Assembly: GCA_963806035.1 (NCBI GenBank) | Contig: CAWDWO010000035.1 | Location: forward strand, 32,001-96,000 | Source: Candidatus Krumholzibacteriota bacterium | Lineage (GTDB): Bacteria; Krumholzibacteriota; Krumholzibacteriia; JAJRXK01 | DNA: 64,000 bases | Direction: 5' to 3' | Notes under the pieces: generated by a model | The model's database searches: none | The model's input: the letters and a program-made list of their open reading frames with translations, nothing else | What the model was told of the DNA's origin: nothing | Position numbers and translations under genes: made by a program | Shown here: positions 1 through 7,678 of the stretch, in pieces | Layout: every line of letters starts with the position of its first letter | How positions within the stretch are numbered: the stretch's first letter is position 1

Positions 1-293
1 TACTCGGCCCGTTGCTCGCGCGCCACCCCGGCATAGCTCACCCCACCGCCGACGGCCACGCGCCCGGCCAATTTTCGCCAGCCCTGCAGGCGATACCACT
101 CGACGCGGGATTGGTCGACCAGGGTGTAGACCCGCAGCTGCAGATCCATCGGGGTGGACTGCTCGGGAAAGTCGAGGTTGTCCAGGGGGACTGGCGGCAG
201 AAGTTGCTGCCGCGGAGGGGCCGCTGTCGCCATCCGCGCCGACAGGGCCAAGAGGAGCAGAGGCAGAAACAGGACCCGCGGCACCAGCTTCAT
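1..293 (-). CDS. Secreted hypothetical protein, 3' end runs off the window edge
   Basis: My own translation from ATG at 293 gives MKLVPRVLFLPLLLLALSARMATAAPPRQQLLPPVP..., signal-peptide-like and open to the edge; not in the ORF track. Confidence 0.65.
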   Translation of the reverse strand, partial: MKLVPRVLFLPLLLLALSARMATAAPPRQQLLPPVPLDNLDFPEQSTPMDLQLRVYTLVDQSRVEWYRLQGWRKLAGRVAVGGGVSYAGVAREQRAE

Positions 294-336
294 CCTGTGT
301 CCCGGCGGAAAGGGGCGACCGTACAGCGCGAGGAGA

Positions 337-720
337 TCAGCTCTCACCCATGATGAGTTGGATCTCGCCGTGCTCGCTGAAACGAATCCGGGCCGTGCGC
401 CGGTTCCCGGGAAGATCCACGATCTGAAGCACCACACCATAGTCATTCCAACTGCGATGGTGGATGATATCGCCCACCGCATAGACGCGCGTGGAATCGT
501 AGGGCACCGCCTTGCTGATGTCGATCTCCTCGAGGGGATCTTCGGTGGCGGTCTGTGAGTTCTCCTCCCCCGCCTCTTCCATGTGGGGAAGGATGCCCTT
601 ACAACGCGGACACTTCAGCCAGATGACTCCGTCTTCGCTGGTATCGCTGACCACCGTCATCTCGAGGTGATCTTTGCAAACCGAACAGTACTGGCGCATA
701 GCAGTGCCCTGCTGTGGCAT
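337..720 (-). CDS. Zinc-ribbon protein with a C-terminal PcrA/UvrD-type Tudor-like domain
   Basis: CSVC...CPRC, acidic linker, then YAVGDIIHHRSWNDYGVVLQI...ARIRFSEHGEIQLI; start taken at MPQQG (720), alternative MRQYC. Confidence 0.7.
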   Translation of the reverse strand: MPQQGTAMRQYCSVCKDHLEMTVVSDTSEDGVIWLKCPRCKGILPHMEEAGEENSQTATEDPLEEIDISKAVPYDSTRVYAVGDIIHHRSWNDYGVVLQIVDLPGNRRTARIRFSEHGEIQLIMGES

Positions 721-749
721 GGTGGATGATCTTTCCCGTGGGGTTTCGC

Positions 750-935
750 TTACCTTCGGGACGCGACGACCTTGCAGCAGTCCTCTGCTTCTTCCTTCAG
801 GTTGTAACGCATTCCGCAAACCAGGCAACGGTAGGAACCGTTCAACCGTCCCTCTCGTTCCGCTTTTTCGATGAGTTGATCGTAACGCACGAAATGCTTT
901 TCCTTCACGAGGGACGAGTCTTCGGAATTGGTCAT
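750..935 (-). CDS. Small zinc-finger-like protein (61 aa)
   Basis: GGGAGG RBS before ATG 935; YRCLVCGMRYNLKEEAEDCC motif. Confidence 0.7.
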   Translation of the reverse strand: MTNSEDSSLVKEKHFVRYDQLIEKAEREGRLNGSYRCLVCGMRYNLKEEAEDCCKVVASRR

Positions 936-1027
936 TTTTCCTCCCTGAGACCAAATACCATCATTCACATCGACCACACCGTTACTCAGGAAGCTGCCCA
1001 TCTAAGAAGCTAATCAACGGTGGCGCG

Positions 1028-1056
1028 ATGATACGAATTGGAAGTGCGAGCGTCAA
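1028..1056 (-). promoter_or_regulatory. Sigma70-type promoter for the 935/720 genes
   Basis: TTGACG-17 nt-TATCAT on the minus strand. Confidence 0.65.
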
Positions 1057-1080
1057 GCGAGTCGCAACTTCAAACGCGCA

Positions 1081-2220
1081 TCAAATCGAATCCAACGCCT
1101 TCTCCAAATCGTTTTGCAGATCCTCTACGTCCTCGATGCCCACACTGATACGCACCAGGCCATCGGTGATTCCCAACTCTTCGCGAATCTCCTTGGGCAC
1201 CGTACCGTGCGTCATCATCGCAGGGTGTGAAATCAGGCTCTCCACCCCACCGAGACTCTCGGCCAGAGTGAAGATTTGCACCGCCTTTACGACTTTCTGC
1301 GCCGCGGCGAAAGAACCCAGATCAAAGGAGATCATGCCTCCGAATCCGCGCATCTGCCGCTTGGCCAAGGCATGGCCGGGATGCGAGGCGAGTCCGGGAT
1401 AGTAAATTTTTTTCACTTCTTTTCGCTCCGCGAGCCAAGCCGCGATCTGGCGCGCGTTGGCATCGTGTTGCCGCATCCGCACCGCCAGAGTTTTCACGCC
1501 GCGTAGCGCGAGCCAACAGTCCCAGGGGCCAGGAACCGCGCCCGCCGCATTCTGCAGAAATTTCAAGCTCGCGAAGAGATCGTCGTCGTTGGTGAGTACG
1601 ATGCCGCCGACCATGTCGCTGTGTCCGTTGAGATACTTGGTGGTGGAGTGCACGCAGACGTCCGCGCCCAGGGCCAAGGGGTTTTGGAAATAGGGGCTCA
1701 TGAAAGTGTTGTCGACGACCAGCTTCGCGCCCTTGCCGTGGGCCAGCTCGGCACAGGCTTTGATGTCGCTGAGGGTCAACACGGGATTGGTCGGAGTCTC
1801 CACGAAAAGCAATTTCGTCTTTTCGCTGAGCGCCTTTTCCACCGCGGCGAGATCGCTGGTGTCTACGAAGTGAAAGCGCTGACCGAAGCGCCGCAGGACC
1901 ATCTCGAAGAGCCGGTAGGTTCCTCCGTAGACGTTGGAGGTACAGATGATTTCGTCGCCGCCGTTCAGGGTCTGTAGAATCGCGTGGATGGCGGCGGTCC
2001 CGCTGCCGAAGGCCACCCCGTGGCTCGCCCCCTCCAGAGCGGCGACGCAGCCTTCCAGGGCCTCGCGCGTGGGATTCTGCGTGCGCGCGTACTCGTAACC
2101 CCGATGCTCCCCGATTCCGTCCTGCGCGTAGGTGGAGGTCTGGAACACGGGAGTCATCACCGCTCCGGTGATCGGTTCCGGTTTTTGTCCCGCGTGAATC
2201 GCGTCGGTGGAGAGGCCCAT
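1081..2220 (-). CDS. Cystathionine gamma-lyase/gamma-synthase (Cys/Met metabolism PLP enzyme)
   Basis: YEYARTQNPTR, ETPTNP, VDNTFMSPY, HSTTKYLNGHSD (PLP lysine), AESLGGVESL. Confidence 0.95.
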   Translation of the reverse strand: MGLSTDAIHAGQKPEPITGAVMTPVFQTSTYAQDGIGEHRGYEYARTQNPTREALEGCVAALEGASHGVAFGSGTAAIHAILQTLNGGDEIICTSNVYGGTYRLFEMVLRRFGQRFHFVDTSDLAAVEKALSEKTKLLFVETPTNPVLTLSDIKACAELAHGKGAKLVVDNTFMSPYFQNPLALGADVCVHSTTKYLNGHSDMVGGIVLTNDDDLFASLKFLQNAAGAVPGPWDCWLALRGVKTLAVRMRQHDANARQIAAWLAERKEVKKIYYPGLASHPGHALAKRQMRGFGGMISFDLGSFAAAQKVVKAVQIFTLAESLGGVESLISHPAMMTHGTVPKEIREELGITDGLVRISVGIEDVEDLQNDLEKALDSI

Positions 2221-2223
2221 GTT

Positions 2224-3621
2224 CTAGTGTCCTTCCTGCACGAAGTCGATGAGATCGTAACGGGTGATGATTCCCGCCACGTGACCGTGTTCTTCCACGA
2301 GCACAGCGGCGTCCTTCCCGCTGAGAGTCGCCAGGATTTCGCTCATGCGCCGCGCGCCCTCGACGCGCAGTAGAGGCGGCTCCTGCAACTTGCCCAGGCC
2401 CTGGTCCATGCACGAGGGGTCGTCCAGGACCGCGGCCATGAGCCGGCTGTCGGTCACGCGTCCCACGGGCTCGCCGTCTTTCATCACCGGCAATTGACTC
2501 ACTTCGTTCTGCCGCATGAGATTGATGGCCTCGCGCACGGTCGCGTTCGACTCCACGGTGAGAAGGGTCTTCAGCGGCTTCCCCCCGCGGTGCAGCACGT
2601 CGCTCGCCGTGGCCGAGGTCGGCGAGAGAAAGCGGTTCTCGCGCATCCAATCGTCGTTGAAGATCTTCGACACGTACTTCGCCCCCGAATCGGGCAAGAG
2701 CACCACCACGCTCTGATCGGGATTCATCTCGCGCGCCACGTCCAGGGCAATCGCCACCGCCGAGCCGCAGGAGCCTCCGGCGAAGATACCCTCCTCCTTC
2801 ACCAGGCGCCGCGTGATGAGGAAGGAGGTTTCATCGTTCACACTGCGCACTTCGTCCACCGCATCGCGGTAGAAAACGCTGGGAACGATGTCCTCGCCGA
2901 TGCCCTCGACTTTGTAGGGCTGGGCCTCGCCGGTCTCGCCCGTATCGAACCAGTACTTGAGAATGCTGCCCTCGGGATCGACGCCGATGATGCGTATCTG
3001 CGGGTTCTGTTCCTTGAGGTACCTTCCGGTGCCGCTGATCGTGCCACAGGTTCCCATTCCGGCCACGAACGCGGAGATCTTGCCCTCGGTCTGCGCCCAC
3101 AGCTCCGGCCCCGTGCTCTCATAGTGGGCGCGGGGATTCGCGTCGTTGAAATACTGGTTGGTCCATACGCAGTTGTCCGTGCTCTCGGCGATGCTGCGAG
3201 CGATCGAGTAATAGCTTTCGGGATGGTCGGGCGCCACGTTGCTCGGAGTTACGATGACTTCCGCTCCCATCGCGCGCAGCAGGCTGATCTTCTCGGTGCT
3301 CATCTTGTCGGGCATGGTGCAGATGAGGCGGTACCCGCGCACCGCGCAGGAGAGCGCCAGACCCATCCCGGTGTTGCCGCTGGTGCATTCGACGACCGTG
3401 CCGCCGGGACGCAGGAGTCCCTGCTCCTCCGCCGCGTTCAACATCGAGGCCCCGATGCGGTCCTTCACGCTCCCGCCGGGGTTGAGCATCTCCATCTTCG
3501 CGTACACCCGCGCGCCCTTGGGATCGGGCATCTTGCGCAGCCGCACCAGGGGGGTGTTCCCGATGGCCTCGGTGACGTCCTCGAAGACCGGGGGAATGAA
3601 AGCGTCCTTAGGAACATTCAT
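2224..3621 (-). CDS. cbs: Cystathionine beta-synthase with C-terminal CBS domain pair
   Basis: IGNTPLV, NPGGSVKDR, TSGNTG, GMGTCGT, YKVEGIGED, LPDSGAKYVSKIFNDDWM, then CBS repeats. Confidence 0.92.
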   Translation of the reverse strand: MNVPKDAFIPPVFEDVTEAIGNTPLVRLRKMPDPKGARVYAKMEMLNPGGSVKDRIGASMLNAAEEQGLLRPGGTVVECTSGNTGMGLALSCAVRGYRLICTMPDKMSTEKISLLRAMGAEVIVTPSNVAPDHPESYYSIARSIAESTDNCVWTNQYFNDANPRAHYESTGPELWAQTEGKISAFVAGMGTCGTISGTGRYLKEQNPQIRIIGVDPEGSILKYWFDTGETGEAQPYKVEGIGEDIVPSVFYRDAVDEVRSVNDETSFLITRRLVKEEGIFAGGSCGSAVAIALDVAREMNPDQSVVVLLPDSGAKYVSKIFNDDWMRENRFLSPTSATASDVLHRGGKPLKTLLTVESNATVREAINLMRQNEVSQLPVMKDGEPVGRVTDSRLMAAVLDDPSCMDQGLGKLQEPPLLRVEGARRMSEILATLSGKDAAVLVEEHGHVAGIITRYDLIDFVQEGH

Positions 3622-3727
3622 GGGCTTGGGGCAGGCTGCCCACGCCTCCTTTCGAGCAGGGATCCGCGCCAGAGAATGGCCGATGGAATACTCTAGAGCC
3701 CAAGGCTAGGGCGAATGAATCCGCGGG

Positions 3728-3757
3728 AACCTACCATTAGAGACCCGCCTCCGTCAA
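3728..3757 (-). promoter_or_regulatory. Possible sigma70 promoter for cbs operon
   Basis: TTGACG-18 nt-TAGGTT with an extended TG. Confidence 0.4.
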
Positions 3758-3805
3758 GCCGGCCCGGCCCGATCTAGCACGCTAATTTGTTTGAACAAAA
3801 GAACT

Positions 3806-4633
3806 TCAGTCTTCGGCTGGCTTGGGCGAAGAACGCGCGAAGGCCAGCACCTCCCCCACCGTGCCGATGCCCTCCTGCTGGAGCTCCTTCAGCTCCCTCA
3901 GAAGGACCTGGGCCGTCGCGGTGGCGTCGGCGATGGCGCGATGCTGCCGCTTGAGAGGAACCTCCAACCGGCGCGCCACCGCGCCCAGACGGAACGCGCC
4001 CCATTCGGGATGCATCCTGCGCGAGAGCCGGACGGTGCAGAGTTGTGGCCAGGGATGAGGACGGTGCCCGGACTCTCTCACCTGGCGTCTCAGGAAGGGA
4101 TAGTCGAAGTCCACGTTGTGGGCGACGAACACGCTGCCCTTGAGAAGCTCCAGAATGCGCGGCGCGACCTGATGAAAACGGGGCGCGTCCTGTAGCATCG
4201 AATCCTTGATTCCGGTCAGGCCCTGGATCCAGTGCGGGACGGGCCGCAAGGGATTCACCAGGGTGTTGAAGCTGCGCCTCACACAGCCGTGATCGACGCG
4301 CACCACCGCCACCTCGATGATGCGGTCGACTCCCAAACGGCTGCCGGTGGCCTCGAGATCGACCACCGCGAAGGCCGCGTCCTGCAGACGAAGATGACGG
4401 TAGGGCGAAGAACTGAGCTCCCAGAGTCCCCGCGGAGATTCGCTGAAGCGCCGGTCGCGGGAAAGGAGGGTGCGCACGAAGAGCGGCGAGACCGACTCGT
4501 CGAGCTGCGGCTTGAACAGAACTTTGGCCAATTCCTCGCTGCCGACCGGGCGGTTGACCGTCATGAAGTACTCGTGCGCGCGGCTTCGGAGACTCTCCAG
4601 GTTCTCCTCGCGCAGTGGGGTATGAGTGTCCAC
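3806..4633 (-). CDS. DEDDh 3'-5' exonuclease (DnaQ/PolC-like) with N-terminal HTH-like extension
   Basis: VVDLEATG, VAHNVDFD, HRAIADA motifs. Confidence 0.9.
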   Translation of the reverse strand: MDTHTPLREENLESLRSRAHEYFMTVNRPVGSEELAKVLFKPQLDESVSPLFVRTLLSRDRRFSESPRGLWELSSSPYRHLRLQDAAFAVVDLEATGSRLGVDRIIEVAVVRVDHGCVRRSFNTLVNPLRPVPHWIQGLTGIKDSMLQDAPRFHQVAPRILELLKGSVFVAHNVDFDYPFLRRQVRESGHRPHPWPQLCTVRLSRRMHPEWGAFRLGAVARRLEVPLKRQHRAIADATATAQVLLRELKELQQEGIGTVGEVLAFARSSPKPAED

Positions 4634-4737
4634 CGAAGGCTCCGATGCAGTCCAAATGGGGCGAAATCTAGCTTGATTCTAGCACAAACTGGCCCGCAGG
4701 TGGTCTGTGGCATGACGGCTTGTCTTCGGTGGCGGTG

Positions 4738-5502
4738 CTAGCGGGAGCGCAGGAGCTTTTGGAGCTCCGGGGGAAGACCACTCGGCGTGGACTTTCGGCC
4801 GAAGGCCACGCACACCAGCTCCTCCTCGGTCAGAAGAGGCGGGGGGCTGTTCCTCTGGGGATTCGCCGCGGCGAGCGTGGTGTTCACTCTGCTGCGCAGG
4901 AGGCCGAAAATCGGGACGGCGGATGAGATCTGCGCGACGGCCCTCGCTTCGTTACGGTAGATCATGTCGCTGCGGCCCATCTTCACTTTCACTTCCCGCA
5001 CTTCCTCCAGTTTCACTCGCTCTCGTGGAATGGTCTCACCGTCGATGGTGGTATCCGGCAAAGCTTCCCGTGCCACGCTGGGGTTCTCGAAGAGATCCTC
5101 GAAATGGCGGCTCAGAAGGCGGTTGTTGCGCACGCGCTCGAGGTCTTCTTCCTCGACCGCAGCGGCGGGCAAGAGCTTGAACACGCGATGCAGTCCCTGC
5201 AGTAGATCCCCCTGACGCAAAGAGTCCAGGGGAGCGACGAGCAGAACGTAGGACTCCTCTTCGTTCAAGAATTTCAGTTTGATCCAGTGTTCGCCCTCTT
5301 CGGTGCGCGCGAGAACTTCGCAACGCAGTTGCTCCTTCGTCTGCTGGCCTTCGGAGGTCTCGGTGCGCGAAAACTCCGCCCACGAACCCGGGGTGAGATC
5401 GAACTCGAGCAGTCCGCGATGCCACCAGGAGAACACCTCCTGGGCTTCTGAGCTGGCTGGAGCAGCCAGGATGAAGAGAGCCAAGAAAAGCCAGCGCATC
5501 AT
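4738..5502 (-). CDS. Secreted hypothetical protein
   Basis: Signal peptide MRWLFLALFILAAPASSEAQ; lies directly downstream of the heme/Sec gene. Confidence 0.75.
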   Translation of the reverse strand: MMRWLFLALFILAAPASSEAQEVFSWWHRGLLEFDLTPGSWAEFSRTETSEGQQTKEQLRCEVLARTEEGEHWIKLKFLNEEESYVLLVAPLDSLRQGDLLQGLHRVFKLLPAAAVEEEDLERVRNNRLLSRHFEDLFENPSVAREALPDTTIDGETIPRERVKLEEVREVKVKMGRSDMIYRNEARAVAQISSAVPIFGLLRSRVNTTLAAANPQRNSPPPLLTEEELVCVAFGRKSTPSGLPPELQKLLRSR

Positions 5503-5521
5503 CCTCGACCTTGCAGCTCAT

Positions 5522-5556
5522 GCGAACGCCCGGAGGGCAAAACCTCCGGGCGCAGC
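5522..5556. repeat. Intergenic GC-rich inverted repeat (hairpin)
   Basis: cgcccggagg-gcaaaa-cctccgggcg. Confidence 0.6.
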
Positions 5557-5578
5557 ATGGTGAACGAAGAGCGACTCC

Positions 5579-6937
5579 TCAGTGGGCGATCCGCGCCCAG
5601 TAGGTGTCGTAGTCGAAATCGGGATCGAACTCCGGAGTATGGCAATGGGTGCAGGACTTCTTGGCCTGCGCGGCCCACTCCCCATCGCGCGCGTGCATGG
5701 TCCCATAGCCGTGGCAGGCCTCGCACTGCACGTTGAAGAGCGTGTTCCGTCCATTGCTGGATACCGTGGGATCGAATCCGTTGTAATAGTCCCAGCCCGT
5801 CACGTGACAGCCCACGCAGTCCGGGTTGCTGGTCTGCCCCTTCGCCACCAGGGTCTGCCAGGCCTTGGCGTGCGCGGTCTCCTGGTACTTGGTGAAGATC
5901 TCCTTGTGACAGTTGCTGCAGCGCAGCGTGCCCAGATACTTCTCGTCCTTGAGACCCTTGTCGGGATGGGGTGTGACTTTCGAATTCTGAGACAGCTTCT
6001 CGTTGCCCTTGAGGAACTTGTCGACTTCGTCCTGGATTGCGTCGATCTGGGGCGCCTGCTTGCCCAGCTCGTGCAGGGTCAGGACCGCGTCCTGGATGAC
6101 TCCCTTGGGCGTGACCTGGAGGTCAAGCTGCCCCAGGTATTTGCCCTGCGGATTGGCGGACACCAGATAGACGTCCCCCACCCGATTCAGACGGCGGTAC
6201 TGGCGCAGGTCGGCGCCCTCGACGCAGATGTCGATGCCGGAACCGGTGCCCAGGTCGGTGAGCAATTCGCGCGTGTCACGAGTGGACGCACCGGAGAGCA
6301 AGACGATGAGGTCGCTCTTCTTGCGCAGCTCGGGGAGATACTTCTCCAGAGCGTCGCGCGGAGAGTCGATCACGAACTTGTCCACCTTGGCCGACATCGT
6401 GGTGATGACGTAGCTGGGCCCGATCACGGAGATGAGCCCGATGCGCAGCCCGCCCCTCTTCACCACCGCATAGGGATCGAAGAGGAGCTTTCCACTGTCC
6501 CCGCCCTTCAGATTGGCCGAGATGTAGTGGAAATTGTGTTTGGCGGCCTGCTGCTTCAAGAAGTCGAGACCGTAGTTCAGATCCCACTGTCCCACGGCCA
6601 GCACCGGATAATCCAGTTTGGCCACATGATCCAAGAGGAACTCGGTCTGCGCGCGGGCGGCGTCCGTACGCCGGCCGTACATGTTCCCCGCGTCGAGATG
6701 GAGCACGTTCTTGTGGTTTTTGGCGATGTCCTGAAATATGGCGGCCCTCCGGGCCAACCCACCGAGCGGCTTGTGTTTTCACCCACAGGGGGCGATTTCA
6801 CCATGGACCGCCCCTTCGAAAGTGATGGTCAGATCGACCAAATCCTCGGCCTGCGACGCGGGCAAGCGCGTCCACAGTCCGAGAGCCGCGGCGAGCGCAA
6901 CGAGAAGACTCGTTGCCCTCAGGGTGACTCGATGCAT
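5579..6937 (-). CDS. Probable exported selenoprotein: UshA-like (CxU) domain plus tetraheme cytochrome c domain, 452 aa, Sec at codon 53
   Basis: ATG 6937 with upstream GGAGG, signal peptide, ...HGEIAPCG-TGA(6779-6781)-KHKPLGGLARR in frame with ORF 5579..6757; CSNCH, CVGCH, CEACH, CTHCH. Confidence 0.88.
6738..6762 (-). promoter_or_regulatory. Bacterial SECIS-like hairpin
   Basis: mRNA GUGG-GU-UGGCCC-GGA-GGGCCG-CCAU; apical loop starts with G 28 nt after the UGA. Confidence 0.65.
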
Positions 6938-7189
6938 CTTCGACCTCCAAACGGATCGACAAAATGGCCCGGTTTTCAGGCAGGCGAAGGGTCATGATAC
7001 CAAGAGATGCGTGGGTGCCGCAATCCTGGCCTGAAATTGCCGCCGGGCGCTCCAAAGCAGTGTACGTCCAGCTTCAATGCGCAAGAACCGGCCCGGGTTC
7101 CCAAACGGACGAAGCCCCCACCGGCGGCGGGGGCTCCGTCAGGAATTGGACCTGGGGCAGAAAGGGCGGATCCAAGACCGCGTGGAGGA

Positions 7190-7489
7190 TTACTTCCTCT
7201 TGTTCACGTGGTCCTTCAGAGCACGACCCGCGCTGAAAGCGGGGACGCGGCTCGCGGGGATGGAGATGGTGTCACCCGTCTGCGGGTTGCGACCCATTCT
7301 CTTCTTCCGCTTGCGGCTCTCGAAGGTGCCAAAACCCGTGATCTGGACCTTACGGCCCCGAGTCAGCTCAGAGGCGATGATCCCCTTCTTGGGATCGGTA
7401 TCGAAGATCATGTCGATGATCGCCTTGGCCTGACGGCCGGAGAGATCGGACCTCGTCGCGAGTTTTGCGGTCAATTCGGTCTTGTTCAT
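7190..7489 (-). CDS. hup: DNA-binding protein HU
   Basis: MNKTEL...VQITGFGTFESRKRKKRMGRNPQTG...VPAFSAGRALK; GGAGG RBS. Confidence 0.95.
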   Translation of the reverse strand: MNKTELTAKLATRSDLSGRQAKAIIDMIFDTDPKKGIIASELTRGRKVQITGFGTFESRKRKKRMGRNPQTGDTISIPASRVPAFSAGRALKDHVNKRK

Positions 7490-7678
7490 GGGACAGACCT
7501 CCTTTCTTGAGTTCCCAATAGACCCTATCCAGGCATCCTGTCAACGCAAAATGTCGAAAATGTGCTGATTTTCCGCGGCTCTCGAATCGGGCGAACGCTA
7601 CGAACCAGCGCGGCGAGATCCACCGCTCAGGCTAAGAGCTCGGGTCCGCCTTACGGGCCGCAGCCGACGGCGCGAGTT

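Noticed and set aside
3622..3727. About 100-nt leader of cbs as a possible SAM/SAH riboswitch
   Set aside because: No recognisable consensus of the SAM or SAH riboswitch classes
5518..5581. Terminal TGA of the cytochrome gene followed by a hairpin, as a possible second Sec codon
   Set aside because: The protein ends naturally after the last heme domain; read-through would run out of frame over the next gene, and the loop is not SECIS-like
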